Below, piece after piece: positions 1 to 8,412 of a stretch of 17,964 nucleotides of DNA. The notes under the pieces are model-generated. The model searched no databases. It saw only the letters and a list, made by a program, of their open reading frames with translations, and was not told the DNA's origin. The first letter of the stretch is position 1. Each line of letters opens with the position of its first letter. The position numbers and the translations under genes were made by a program. This stretch comes from a virus (Duplodnaviria; Heunggongvirae; Uroviricota; Caudoviricetes), in IMG/VR virus record IMGVR_UViG_2563366946_000008; one strand, written 5' to 3'.

Positions 1-1143
1 CTATGCTGTTTTGATATCTACGATAATCCAGTCTTTACCACGATCATCATTGTATCGGTCGGTCATTTTTCTGGATTTATGGCCTAACAACTTTTGCGTA
101 TCCAGACCCTGTTCCCGATATAACCGTTCTGACAGAGATCGCTGCTCATGAAATGTGGGCGCAGTTCCTTGCTCCCATTTTATGCCACATTTTTCCCGGG
201 CCTTTTTAAAAGCCGTTGTCAGAGTATTCGCAGAAACCTGGTCTCCTCTGTTTGCTTGAGAGGTAGTGTGACGGTAATGGACCAGATATTTACTAACAAC
301 AGCATCCCTGCACTGAGATATAACTTCACGAAGGGTAATATTCAGAGCATCGCATTTCAGGTTAAGCGGAATAGCAAGTTTTGAACCGGTTTTTTCCTGA
401 GTAATGTGCAACATGTCGTCCCATATATCAGAGAATTTCAAATTGCAGATATCGCCTAAACGTTGTCCAGTAACAAGAGCAAGTAGCATGCCGCATTTTA
501 AATAGGGCTGCCGTCTGCTTACGCTGTCAAATATTGCCTGCCATTCGGGCAGTGACAATCTTTGGCGGTTTACTCGATTTCGCGGTTGTTTTGTTGCCTG
601 CGCTGGGTTAAATCCTGGCGGAACATGTCCTGCGTGTTGTGCTTCTTTGAAGACGTCGATCAACACCATTCTCACGACTTGCGCCATCCTGTTATGACCT
701 TCAGCCTTTACAGCATCAATTATTTCGGCAATATCAAGTGCGGTAATATCCTTGAGGTGTTGCATTCCACAATGCTCACGGAAAAGACGAATGGGTTTGC
801 CTTTTTGCCGATAGGAGTTGGGTCTTAGTTCATTATGTTGCAGCCTGTCCTCTTGGATAGAAATATATTTATCAAGCCATTCTGTCACCGTAATGTCTGA
901 GCGCCTGCCTTTCATTCTTTCCAGACGCTCATTGACGCTTAATATTTGTCTGGTACGTTGTTCAGCAATAATGGTATTTGCTTCAGTAGCAACTTGTTTT
1001 GCTTCATTCTCATCAGTTCCTAAGCTATGAAAACGACCGGATAGTGGATGTTTGTATTGCCAATATACCTTTCCGGTTCGCTTATCTAATTTGCAATATA
1101 AATTGGGTATAGAGATTTTGTGAGATCGGGGTCTAGCAGCCAT
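1..1143 (-). CDS. int: Phage tyrosine integrase (site-specific recombinase), 380 aa
   Basis: Full-length ORF; C-terminal catalytic signature visible in translation (R in ...TGQRLGD..., H-x-x-R in ...FHEQRSL..., H and Y in ...LLGHKSRKMTDRYNDD...); overlaps the excisionase-like ORF by 11 nt as in lambdoid int-xis pairs. Stop codon is at window position 1-3, so the att site lies outside the window. Confidence 0.9.
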   Translation of the reverse strand: MAARPRSHKISIPNLYCKLDKRTGKVYWQYKHPLSGRFHSLGTDENEAKQVATEANTIIAEQRTRQILSVNERLERMKGRRSDITVTEWLDKYISIQEDRLQHNELRPNSYRQKGKPIRLFREHCGMQHLKDITALDIAEIIDAVKAEGHNRMAQVVRMVLIDVFKEAQHAGHVPPGFNPAQATKQPRNRVNRQRLSLPEWQAIFDSVSRRQPYLKCGMLLALVTGQRLGDICNLKFSDIWDDMLHITQEKTGSKLAIPLNLKCDALNITLREVISQCRDAVVSKYLVHYRHTTSQANRGDQVSANTLTTAFKKAREKCGIKWEQGTAPTFHEQRSLSERLYREQGLDTQKLLGHKSRKMTDRYNDDRGKDWIIVDIKTA

Positions 1144-1369
1144 CAGCGATTATCCTTTGGAGTTTTGGGTTTGCGTTTATTGGGAGTTGCGGTTCTGCAA
1201 GCGTTCCTACAAAACGGGAATTTCGGTCAATCATCCAGTAGCGACCAACTTTTATAGCGGGTGGGGCCATCATTTTCCCTTGCGCGTATTTTTTCAGAAC
1301 TCGCTCACTTGGTGCTAAGTCCCCAAATTCTTCTTTAGCCCAGTCCTGTAAAGTGATTAGTCGAGACAT
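1133..1369 (-). CDS. xis: Excisionase-like small DNA-binding protein, 78 aa
   Basis: Small ORF immediately upstream of and overlapping int on the same strand; strong RBS (GAGGAGG) 4 nt before the ATG; position and size typical of prophage excisionases. Confidence 0.65.
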   Translation of the reverse strand: MSRLITLQDWAKEEFGDLAPSERVLKKYAQGKMMAPPAIKVGRYWMIDRNSRFVGTLAEPQLPINANPKLQRIIADGC

Positions 1370-1508
1370 TTGTCCTCCTCTTAGCTGCTGAGGGAGTTTG
1401 TGACCGATATATCTGACATGATATTAAGCTCATGGCAGGTACATCTCTTGACTGGTCATAGAGATAAATTTAATGCTGAGAAATGCAGTATTGAATTTAT
1501 CAATTTTT

Positions 1509-1748
1509 CTATTTCCTGCGCATGTCACGTAACTTCTTAATGTGTTCTGCCGTTTCGATCTCTTCTGCTATCCGATCTGCATCAGCTTTATTCACAGGTT
1601 CAAAGTCATGATTAAAGCGGAACATGCTGGCGATACATGTTCTGCCTTTTCGGATGTAGTGAACTTTGTTGTGGGTAGAACGCAGGATTTTGCAGGGAGT
1701 GCCGTGGTGGTCGACGTACCAGGTGTTAGGGTCAATCACTCTGAACAT
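1509..1748 (-). CDS. Hypothetical prophage protein (DUF4222-like), 79 aa
   Basis: ORF in the same transcriptional direction as the early-left operon, overlapping the next gene upstream; family assignment from memory of prophage small proteins, not verified. Confidence 0.5.
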   Translation of the reverse strand: MFRVIDPNTWYVDHHGTPCKILRSTHNKVHYIRKGRTCIASMFRFNHDFEPVNKADADRIAEEIETAEHIKKLRDMRRK

Positions 1749-2061
1749 TCTTGACCTTGTGTTGTGCGGATTGATATTCAGTGCTGATATTCACCTTTAT
1801 AGCGAACACCTTTACCGGTTTATCGCCAAAGTGCGGATGTGTGATTGTCTTCACTTCATATCCGTCATACGGAACATCAATTCTGCGACTGGAATCGTCG
1901 CGCTTCGGATATCCCTTTGTGATAATCAGGCGGTCATATTCCCGGAACATAATTCGCTTATTCCAGTAGTCATTACACAAGCGATACTCTTCCGTTTTCT
2001 CTCCGCGAATCATGGCATCGAAGTATTCACTTTTAACAGCAAGTTGCAGGTTAGCCATCAC
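1732..2061 (-). CDS. Hypothetical protein, possible ASCH/PUA-like fold, 109 aa
   Basis: ORF translationally coupled with its neighbours on both sides (overlapping stop/start); size and composition resemble the small ASCH-domain proteins common in enterobacterial prophages; unverified. Confidence 0.5.
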   Translation of the reverse strand: MMANLQLAVKSEYFDAMIRGEKTEEYRLCNDYWNKRIMFREYDRLIITKGYPKRDDSSRRIDVPYDGYEVKTITHPHFGDKPVKVFAIKVNISTEYQSAQHKVKNVQSD

Positions 2062-2279
2062 TTAATCCCCCTTTGTTTGCGGATAAGCTCCAGATCTTGC
2101 TGGCAACTGGCGCAAGTCCGACAACCCTGAACGGCCAGGCGTCTTCGTTCATCTATCGGATCGCCACACTCACAACAATGAGTGGCAGATACAGCCAGGT
2201 AGTTCAGGCGGCGCATTTTTATTGCTGTGTTGCGCTGTAATTCTTCTATTTCTGATGCTGAATCAATGATGTCTGCCAT
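2058..2279 (-). CDS. TraR/DksA-family C4 zinc-finger protein, 73 aa
   Basis: Translation contains a four-cysteine motif (C-x-C ... C-x2-C: ...HCCECGD...GCRTCASCQ...) in a ~70 aa protein, characteristic of phage TraR/DksA-like regulators. Confidence 0.75.
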   Translation of the reverse strand: MADIIDSASEIEELQRNTAIKMRRLNYLAVSATHCCECGDPIDERRRLAVQGCRTCASCQQDLELIRKQRGIK

Positions 2280-2286
2280 CTTTCAT

Positions 2287-2381
2287 TAATCCCTGAACTG
2301 TTGGTTAATACGCTTGAGGGTGAATGCGAACAATAAAAAAGGAGCCTGTAGCTCCCTGATAATTTTGCTTTTCATGTTCAT
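2287..2381 (-). CDS. Possible small ORF, 31 aa (MNMKSKIIRELQAPFLLFAFTLKRINQQFRD)
   Basis: Not in the supplied ORF track (below its length cutoff); has an AAGGAA Shine-Dalgarno 5 nt upstream of its ATG and lies in the same operon direction. Confidence 0.3.
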
Positions 2382-2472
2382 CGTTCCTTAAAGACGCCGT
2401 TTAACATGCCGATTGCCAGGCTTAAATGAGTCGGTGTGAATCCCTTCAGCGTTACCGTTTCGCGGTGCTTCT

Positions 2473-2655
2473 TCAGTACGCTACGGCAAATGTCATTGAC
2501 GTTTTTGGAAACTGCTGTCTGACTTTTTTGATTTCAGAATTAGCCTGACGGGCAATGCTGCGAAGGGCGTTTTCTTGCTGAGGTGTCACTGAACAAGCCC
2601 CATGTCGGCAAGCATAAGCACACAGAATATGAAGCCCGCTGCCAGAAAAATGCAT
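2473..2655 (-). CDS. Lambda orf61-like small protein, 60 aa
   Basis: Position (third small ORF leftward of exo) and size match the lambda orf60a-orf63-orf61 series; the sequence itself was not recognised with certainty. Confidence 0.45.
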   Translation of the reverse strand: MHFSGSGLHILCAYACRHGACSVTPQQENALRSIARQANSEIKKVRQQFPKTSMTFAVAY

Positions 2656-2665
2656 TCAGTGGTTG

Positions 2666-2857
2666 TCATACCTGGTCTCTCTCATCTGCTTCTGCTTTCG
2701 CCACCATCATTTCCAGCTTTTGTGAAAGGGATGTGGCTAACGTATGAAATTCTTCGTCTGTTTCTGCTGGTATTGGCACAAACCTGACTCCAATTTGAGC
2801 AAGGCTATGTGCCAAATCAATACTCGTTCTTAACTCAACAGGAGATGCTTTGTGCAT
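2666..2857 (-). CDS. Lambda orf63-like small protein, 63 aa
   Basis: Second small ORF leftward of exo, 63 aa, matching lambda gene order and size. Confidence 0.55.
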   Translation of the reverse strand: MHKASPVELRTSIDLAHSLAQIGVRFVPIPAETDEEFHTLATSLSQKLEMMVAKAEADERDQV

Positions 2858-3018
2858 ACCGCCCCCCGTTTATTATTTATCTCCTCAGCCAGCCGCTGGG
2901 CTTTCAGCGGATTTCGGATAACAGAAAGACCGTGAAATACCCAGCCTCGCTTTGTAACGGAGTAGACGAAAGTGATCGCGCCTACCCGGATATTATCGTG
3001 AGGATGGGTCATCGCCAT
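2830..3018 (-). CDS. Lambda orf60a-like small protein, 62 aa
   Basis: Immediately downstream of exo on the same strand and overlapping it, as in lambda. Confidence 0.55.
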   Translation of the reverse strand: MAMTHPHDNIRVGAITFVYSVTKRGWVFHGLSVIRNPLKAQRLAEEINNKRGAVCTKHLLLS

Positions 3019-3689
3019 TGCTCTCCAAATACAAAACCAATTTCAGCCAGTGCTTCGTCCATTTTTTCGATGAACTCCGGCACCATCTCGTCAAAACTCG
3101 CCATGTACTTTTCATCCCGCTCAACCACGACATAATGCAGGCCTTCACGCTTCATTCGTGGGTCATAGTTGGCAAAGTACCAGGCATCTTTTCGTGTCAC
3201 CCACATGCTGTACTGCACCTGGGCCATGTAAGCCGACTTTATGGCCTCGAAACCACCGAGCCGGAACTTCATGAAATCCCGGGAGGTAAACGGGCATTTC
3301 AGCTCAAGGCCATTGCCGTCACTGCATAAACCATCGGGAGAGCAGGCGGTGCGCATACTTTCGTCGCGATAGATGATCGGGGATTCAGTAACATTCACGC
3401 CGGAAGTGAATTCAAACAGGGTTCTGGCGTCGTTCTCGTACTGTTTTCCCCACGCCAGCGCCTTAGCATTAACTTCCGGAGCCACACCGGTGCAAACCTC
3501 AGCCAGCAGGGTGTGGAAGTAGGACATTTTCATGTCAGGCCACTTCTTTCCTGAGCGGGGCTTTGCTATCACGTTGTGAACTTCTGAAGCGGTGATGACG
3601 CCGAGCCGTAATTTGTGCCATGCATCATCCCCCTGTTCGACAGCTCTCACGTCGATCCCGGTACGCTGCAGGATAATGTCCGGTGTCAT
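3009..3689 (-). CDS. exo: Lambda exonuclease (Red alpha), 226 aa
   Basis: Translation ([40 protein letters not shown]...GFVFGEQWR) is near-identical to lambda Exo as I recall it; 226 aa; overlaps bet stop. Confidence 0.95.
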   Translation of the reverse strand: MTPDIILQRTGIDVRAVEQGDDAWHKLRLGVITASEVHNVIAKPRSGKKWPDMKMSYFHTLLAEVCTGVAPEVNAKALAWGKQYENDARTLFEFTSGVNVTESPIIYRDESMRTACSPDGLCSDGNGLELKCPFTSRDFMKFRLGGFEAIKSAYMAQVQYSMWVTRKDAWYFANYDPRMKREGLHYVVVERDEKYMASFDEMVPEFIEKMDEALAEIGFVFGEQWR

Positions 3690-4471
3690 GCTGCCACCTT
3701 CTGCTCAGTGGCTTTCTGTTTCAGGAATCCAAGAGCTTTCACTGCTTCGGCCTGTGTCAGTTCTGACGATGCGCGAATGTCGCGGCGAAATATCTGGGAA
3801 CAGAGCGGCAATAAGTCGTCATCCCATGTTTTGTCCAGGGCAATCAGCAGAGTGTTAATCTCCTGCATGGTTTCATCGTTAACCGGAGTGATGTCGCGTT
3901 CCGGCTGACGTTCTGCAGTGTATGCGGTATTTTCGACAATGCGCTCGGCTTCATCCTTGTCATAGATACCAGCAAATCCGAAGGCCAGACGGGCACACTG
4001 AATCATGGCTTTATGCCGTAACATCCGTTTGGGATGCGACTGCCACGGCCCCGTGATTTCTCTGCCTTCGCGGGTTTTGAATGGTTCGCGGCGGCATTCA
4101 TCCATCCACTCGGTAACGCAGATCGGATGATTGCGGTCTTTGCGGTAAATCCGGCATGTACATGATTCATTGTCCTGCTCAAAGTCCATACCATCAAACT
4201 GCTGGTTTTCATTGATGATGCGGGACCAGCCATCAACGCCCACCACCGGAACAATGCCGTTCTGCTTATCAGGGAAGGCGTAAATTTCTTTCGTCCACGG
4301 ATTAAGGCCGTACTGGTTGGCGACGATCAACAATGCGATGAACTGCGCATCGCTGGCATCACCTTTAAATGCCGTCTGGCGAAGAGTGGTGATCAGTTCC
4401 TGTGGGTCGACAGAATCCATGCCGACACGTTCAGCCAGCTTCCCTGCCAGCGTTGCGAGTGCTGTACTCAT
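3686..4471 (-). CDS. bet: Lambda Bet (Red beta) single-strand annealing protein, 261 aa
   Basis: Translation ([100 protein letters not shown]...) matches lambda Bet; 261 aa. Confidence 0.95.
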   Translation of the reverse strand: MSTALATLAGKLAERVGMDSVDPQELITTLRQTAFKGDASDAQFIALLIVANQYGLNPWTKEIYAFPDKQNGIVPVVGVDGWSRIINENQQFDGMDFEQDNESCTCRIYRKDRNHPICVTEWMDECRREPFKTREGREITGPWQSHPKRMLRHKAMIQCARLAFGFAGIYDKDEAERIVENTAYTAERQPERDITPVNDETMQEINTLLIALDKTWDDDLLPLCSQIFRRDIRASSELTQAEAVKALGFLKQKATEQKVAA

Positions 4472-4476
4472 CCGTT

Positions 4477-4773
4477 TTATACCTCTGAATCAATATCAGC
4501 CTGATGGTGAGCAATGGTTTCAACTATGTACCGGATGTGTTCTGCCATGCGCTCCTGAAACTCAACATCGTCATCAAACGCACGGGTAATGGCTTTTTTG
4601 CTGGCCCCGTGGCGTTGTAAATGATCGATGCATAGCGATTCAAACAGGTGCTGGGGCAGGCCTTTTTCCATGTCGTCTGCCAGTTCTGCCTCTTTCTCTT
4701 CACGGGCGATCTGCTGGTAGTGACGCGCCCAGCTCTGAGCCTCAAGACGATCCTGAATGTAATAAGCGTTCAT
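4477..4773 (-). CDS. gam: Lambda Gam (RecBCD inhibitor), 98-aa GamS form
   Basis: Translation [98 protein letters not shown] matches lambda GamS. Confidence 0.92.
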   Translation of the reverse strand: MNAYYIQDRLEAQSWARHYQQIAREEKEAELADDMEKGLPQHLFESLCIDHLQRHGASKKAITRAFDDDVEFQERMAEHIRYIVETIAHHQADIDSEV

Positions 4774-4848
4774 GGCTGAACTCCTGAAAATGGCTGTGAA
4801 AATATCGCCCGCGAAATGCCAGGCTGATTAGGAAAACAGGAAAGGGGG

Positions 4849-4992
4849 TTAGTGAATGCTTTTGCTTGATCTCAGTTTCAGTATTAATATCCATTTTTTA
4901 TAAGCGTCGACGGCCTCACGAAACATCTTTTCATCGCCAATAAAAGTGGCGATAGTGAATTTAGTCTGGATAGCCATAATTGTTTGATCCAT
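4849..4992 (-). CDS. kil: Kil (host cell-division inhibitor), 47 aa
   Basis: Internal Met of the 89-aa track ORF gives [47 protein letters not shown], matching lambda Kil; overlaps cIII 3' end by 32 nt as in lambda. Confidence 0.8.
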   Translation of the reverse strand: MDQTIMAIQTKFTIATFIGDEKMFREAVDAYKKWILILKLRSSKSIH

Positions 4993-5125
4993 TTTTTGGG
5001 ACTCCTGGCTGATTAAGTATGTCGATAAGGCGTTTCCATCCGTCACGTAATTTACGGGTGATTCGTTCAAGTAAAGATTCGGAAGGGCAGCCAGCAACAG
5101 GCCACCCTGCAATGGCATATTGCAT
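4961..5125 (-). CDS. cIII: cIII (FtsH/HflB inhibitor), 54 aa
   Basis: Not in the ORF track (under 60 aa). Manual translation of the minus strand from the ATG at 5125 gives [54 protein letters not shown], matching lambda CIII. Confidence 0.85.
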   Translation of the reverse strand: MQYAIAGWPVAGCPSESLLERITRKLRDGWKRLIDILNQPGVPKNGSNNYGYPD

Positions 5126-5197
5126 GGTGTGCTCCTTATTTATACATAACGAAAAACGCCTCGAGTGAAGCGTAATTGGTATGCGGTAACGCCGCGC

Positions 5198-5566
5198 TCA
5201 GGCGGCCTTGATAGTCATATCATCTGAATCAAATATTCCTGATGTATCGATATCGGTAATTCTTATTCCTTCACTACCATCCATTGGAGGCCATCCTTCC
5301 TGACCATTTCCATCATTCCAGTCGAACTCACACACAACACCATATGCATTTAAGTCGCTTGAAATTGCTATAAGCAGAGCATGTTGCGCCAGCATGATTA
5401 ATACAGCATTTAATACAGAGCCGTGTTTATTGAGTCGGTATTCAGAGTCTGACCAGAAATTATTAATCTGGTGAAGTTTTTCCTCTGTCATTACGTCATG
5501 GTCAATTTCAATTTCTATTGATGCTTTCCAGTCGTAATCAATGATGTATTTTTTGATGTTTGACAT
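5198..5566 (-). CDS. ea10: Lambda Ea10-like early protein, 122 aa
   Basis: 122-aa ORF in the lambda ea10 position between cIII and ral; sequence consistent with my memory of lambda Ea10. Confidence 0.75.
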   Translation of the reverse strand: MSNIKKYIIDYDWKASIEIEIDHDVMTEEKLHQINNFWSDSEYRLNKHGSVLNAVLIMLAQHALLIAISSDLNAYGVVCEFDWNDGNGQEGWPPMDGSEGIRITDIDTSGIFDSDDMTIKAA

Positions 5567-5582
5567 CTATTCATATCCTCAT

Positions 5583-5612
5583 AGATAAAAAATCGCCCTC
5601 ACACTGGAGGGC
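5583..5612 (-). terminator. Candidate intrinsic terminator in the early-left operon (between ral and ea10)
   Basis: GC stem GCCCTC/GAGGGC with a 6-nt loop at 5595-5612; on the minus-strand transcript it is followed by a U-run (plus-strand A-run 5585-5592). Confidence 0.45.
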
Positions 5613-5748
5613 AAAGAAGATTTCCAATAATCAGAACAAGTCGGCTCCTGTTTAGTTACGAGCGACATTGCTCCGTGTATTCACTCGTTGGAATGAATAC
5701 ACAGTGCAGTGTTTATTCTGTTATTTATGCCAAAAATAAAGGCCACTA

Positions 5749-5949
5749 TCAGGCAGCTTTGTTGTTCTGTTTACCAAGTTCTCTGGCAATCATTGCCGTC
5801 GTTCGTATTGCCCATTTATCGACATATTTCCCATCTTCCATTACAGGAAACATTTCTTCAGGCTTAACCATGCATTCCGATTGCAGCTTGCATCCATTGC
5901 ATCGTTTGAATTGTCCACACCATTGATTTGTATCAATAGTCGTAGTCAT
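5749..5949 (-). CDS. ral: Ral (restriction alleviation protein), 66 aa
   Basis: Translation MTTTIDTNQWCGQFKRCNGCKLQSECMVKPEEMFPVMEDGKYVDKWAIRTTAMIARELGKQNNKAA matches lambda Ral. Confidence 0.85.
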   Translation of the reverse strand: MTTTIDTNQWCGQFKRCNGCKLQSECMVKPEEMFPVMEDGKYVDKWAIRTTAMIARELGKQNNKAA

Positions 5950-6019
5950 ACGGATAGTCCTGGTATTGTTCCATCACATCTTGAGGATGCTCTTCGAACT
6001 CTTCAAATTCTTCTTCCAT
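5933..6019 (-). CDS. Lambda orf28-like acidic micro-protein, 28 aa
   Basis: Manual translation MEEEFEEFEEHPQDVMEQYQDYPYDYDY with an AAGGTGA RBS; its stop overlaps the ral start as in lambda. Confidence 0.55.
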   Translation of the reverse strand: MEEEFEEFEEHPQDVMEQYQDYPYDYDY

Positions 6020-6162
6020 ATATCACCTTAAATAGTGGATTGCGGTAGTAAAGATTGTGCCTGTCTTTTAACCACATCAGGCTCGGTGGTTCTCGTGTAC
6101 CCCTACAACGAGAAATCGGATAAACTCTATTCACCCCTACAGAGAGCAAAAGAGAAACGCCG

Positions 6163-6744
6163 ATGAACAACTCATGGTGGCAGGAACTAATGCATTTTTT
6201 CCTGCAAGGAATGACACTTAAACAGTTGATTCATATGCTAATCATCCTGATCATATTGATTATTGTTATGCCGGTAAGCGTAAAAGAATGGATAAACCTG
6301 CATAATCCAGAAATCCTTCCTCATTACTGGATGTATTACATCCTGTTGTTTTGCGTTAGCTATGTGCTTAACGGCGTTGTTAATTCCGCTTATCACGCTG
6401 TGACTGAAAGAATTGAGGTATTCGCTGCTCAGAAGCGCAAATCTAAAGAAGAAAAATATGTGCAAGATTTGTTTGATTCGTTAACTCTTGGAGAAAGAGC
6501 GTATTTGGCATTCGCTGTAGCCGCTAATAACCAGCTACAAACGGAAAAGGGCGCTCATGAATCAATTTCATTGCTCAAAAAAGGACTCCTCGTTCGAAGG
6601 CCTCCTGCTGTTGGATATCCTGATACCGACCGTTTCGTTATCCCTGAAAGCTATAGACATGAGTGCTACATTAGGTTTGCCAGGAAGGCAGACAGCCTTA
6701 TGGATGAACTTATCGCTCAGGATAAGCATGGCAAAAACAAGTAA
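6163..6744 (+). CDS. sieB: SieB superinfection-exclusion protein, 193 aa, membrane protein
   Basis: Opposite strand to the pL operon, in the lambda sieB position between ral and N; hydrophobic N-terminal segments (LIHMLIILIILIIVMPV, YYILLFCVSYVLNGVV); length matches lambda SieB. Confidence 0.8.
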   Translation: MNNSWWQELMHFFLQGMTLKQLIHMLIILIILIIVMPVSVKEWINLHNPEILPHYWMYYILLFCVSYVLNGVVNSAYHAVTERIEVFAAQKRKSKEEKYVQDLFDSLTLGERAYLAFAVAANNQLQTEKGAHESISLLKKGLLVRRPPAVGYPDTDRFVIPESYRHECYIRFARKADSLMDELIAQDKHGKNK

Positions 6745-6760
6745 TTAGCAAATGAATTTA

Positions 6761-7033
6761 TCATCTCGCCGTCAGTTGTTTTGATTTCCGGTAGCCTGCC
6801 GCGTAAAGAGCTACGTTCGGAAGACAAGTTGAACCTTCATATTTTCTGGTCAACGTTGTCAGAGTTATCACTTCTGCTCTCATTGCTGGTTTGAGCTTGC
6901 ATTGCAAGACCACTCGTGAAGGGGTTGGCCTGTGTAGCTTGTCGGAGCTGATCGCCTCCTGACTTTGCAGATTTGCGCGACGAGCTCTACGGCGAGAAGC
7001 TGCGGTGCCTTTAAATTCTGTTTTTCTGGACAT
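6761..7033 (-). CDS. N: N-like transcription antiterminator with N-terminal arginine-rich motif, 90 aa
   Basis: N-terminus MSRKTEFKGTAASRRRARRANLQ carries an arginine-rich motif resembling the boxB-binding ARMs of phage 21/P22 N proteins; strong GGGAGG RBS 5 nt upstream; located where N sits in lambdoid genomes. Not lambda N itself. Confidence 0.6.
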   Translation of the reverse strand: MSRKTEFKGTAASRRRARRANLQSQEAISSDKLHRPTPSRVVLQCKLKPAMRAEVITLTTLTRKYEGSTCLPNVALYAAGYRKSKQLTAR

Positions 7034-7144
7034 GGATTCCTCCCGAATAAACTTTGGCGATGCAATCTCGAAGCTCCTCCTGAGACGGTTGCTTCGGCAT
7101 TGTGAACCGCCCCGGGTTTCCTGGAGAGTGTTTTATCTGTGAAC

Positions 7145-8035
7145 TCAGGCTGCCAGATCATCGTTTCCGATGGAAGCATAATAAGCTTTTTCTGCTTCTG
7201 CCGGAGGAGTATGGCCCAGCCTTTCCAGCAATCGTCGATTGTTATACCAGTCCACCCACGTGAGTGTGGCCAGTTCCACTTCTGCACGGTTTTTCCAGCT
7301 CTTACGGTGTATTACCTCCGCTTTGTAAAGACCATTGATGCTCTCCGCCATCGCGTTGTCATACGAGTCGCCTGTACTTCCTGTTGATGCCAGTAATCCG
7401 GCTTCCTTAAGCCGCTGTGTGTAGGCCAGCGATACATACTGAGAACCTTTATCACTGTGATGGACCGTGCCGGACGGTCGACGGGCCCATAACGCCTGCT
7501 CCAGTGCATCCAGCACGAATGTCGTTTCCATGGACGATGAGACCCGCCACCCCACGATGTATCCGGCAAACACATCAATGATGAACGCCACATAGACGAA
7601 GCCCCGCCATGTGCTGACGTAAGTAAAATCAGCCACCCACAGCTGGTCAGGTCGTTCTGCCACGAACTGACGGTTTACGCGGTCGCCTGCGGCAACGGCT
7701 TTCCGGCTGATGGTCGTACGGACCTTTTTACCCCGGAGAACACCGGCAAGTCCCATAACCGCCATGAGACGTGCCACAGTGCATCTGGCCACTCTGATAC
7801 CTTCCCGTAACAACTGACGCCAGACTTTACGCACACCGTATACCTTGTGATTTTCATCGTATACGCGCTGTATCTCTTTCTTCAGCCAGTCATCGCGCTG
7901 CGCACGGGCACTGCGTTTATCCGGATGATGTCGCTGTTGCTGACAGTGGTAATACGTTGACGGGGCAATATGCAGTTCGCTGCATAGCGGTCCGACCCCG
8001 TACTGCTCACGCAGCTTATCCAGCAGTGGCATCAT
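7145..8035 (-). CDS. IS3-family transposase OrfB (DDE catalytic part), 296 aa
   Basis: 296-aa ORF overlapping OrfA by 4 nt; size and position typical of IS3-family OrfB integrase-like catalytic domain. Confidence 0.9.
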   Translation of the reverse strand: MMPLLDKLREQYGVGPLCSELHIAPSTYYHCQQQRHHPDKRSARAQRDDWLKKEIQRVYDENHKVYGVRKVWRQLLREGIRVARCTVARLMAVMGLAGVLRGKKVRTTISRKAVAAGDRVNRQFVAERPDQLWVADFTYVSTWRGFVYVAFIIDVFAGYIVGWRVSSSMETTFVLDALEQALWARRPSGTVHHSDKGSQYVSLAYTQRLKEAGLLASTGSTGDSYDNAMAESINGLYKAEVIHRKSWKNRAEVELATLTWVDWYNNRRLLERLGHTPPAEAEKAYYASIGNDDLAA

Positions 8036-8358
8036 TTTTTCCAGAGGCGGTCGAACTCCGCCTTCGCAAAATAAGCGGAAGCCTGGCGAAGGATATCGTT
8101 ACTGCGGCGCAGTTCACGATTTTCACGTTCCAGCTCTTTCAGACGCTGACGTTCAGCGGTGGTGAGCCCTCCATCACCGCCCCCGGTATCCCGCTCATGC
8201 TGGCGAACCCAGACACGCAGAGTCTCCGGCGTACAGCCAATCTTTGGAGCAATGGAACAAATTGTCGCCCATTGTGAGTCATATTCGCTCTGACTTTCCA
8301 GAACCATACGAATCGCCCTCTGACGGACTTCGGGGGAAAAACGAGTATTTTTAGTCAT
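8032..8358 (-). CDS. IS3-family transposase OrfA (HTH DNA-binding part), 108 aa
   Basis: Translation [30 protein letters not shown]... matches IS629/IS1203 OrfA as I recall it; ends in an A6 run (TGG AAA AAA TGA) overlapping the OrfB start, the classic IS3-family -1 frameshift window. Confidence 0.9.
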   Translation of the reverse strand: MTKNTRFSPEVRQRAIRMVLESQSEYDSQWATICSIAPKIGCTPETLRVWVRQHERDTGGGDGGLTTAERQRLKELERENRELRRSNDILRQASAYFAKAEFDRLWKK

Positions 8359-8412
8359 CCTGTTTACCTCTTTCTCAGGAAGTTTAGTCTCCAGGATTCC
8401 CGGGGCGGTTCA

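Larger units (their letters stand above)
7103..8412 (-). mobile_element. IS629-type (IS3 family) insertion sequence, complete, 1310 bp
   Basis: Terminal inverted repeats both beginning TGAACCGCCCCGGG (7103-7116 and reverse complement of 8399-8412); two overlapping transposase ORFs; total length 1310 bp. The flanking triplets (TTG left, CAG right) are not a direct repeat. Confidence 0.9.

Noticed and set aside
148-1030. Plus-strand ORFs (148-384, 562-828, 818-1030) inside the integrase region
   Set aside because: Shadow ORFs antisense to a well-supported integrase gene; no RBS or coding features.
1542-2130. Plus-strand ORFs (1542-1754, 1666-2130, 1781-1969) antisense to the accessory cluster
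   Set aside because: Overlap translationally coupled minus-strand genes and run against the operon direction; most likely shadow ORFs.
3018-4589. Plus-strand and alternative-frame ORFs overlapping exo and bet (3018-3329, 3592-3908, 4003-4254, 4317-4589)
   Set aside because: Antisense or out-of-frame overlaps of genes that match lambda Exo and Bet over their full length.
4774-4894. Possible long (138-aa) form of gam starting at an upstream ATG (about 4894)
   Set aside because: The upstream ATG is out of frame with the gam ORF (121 nt upstream, not a multiple of 3); the 98-aa GamS form with its own start is intact, so I annotate only that.
7034-7102. Open reading frame continuing upstream of the N-like ATG up to the IS boundary, suggesting the IS interrupts a longer N gene
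   Set aside because: The arginine-rich motif sits at residues 9-20 from the annotated Met, as in phage 21/P22 N, and a strong GGGAGG RBS precedes that Met; the upstream open frame is only 23 codons and is most likely fortuitous.
7139-8277. ORFs on both strands inside the IS element (7139-7387, 7312-7593, 7675-7857, 7957-8277)
   Set aside because: They overlap the two transposase genes; IS3-family elements encode only OrfA/OrfB.
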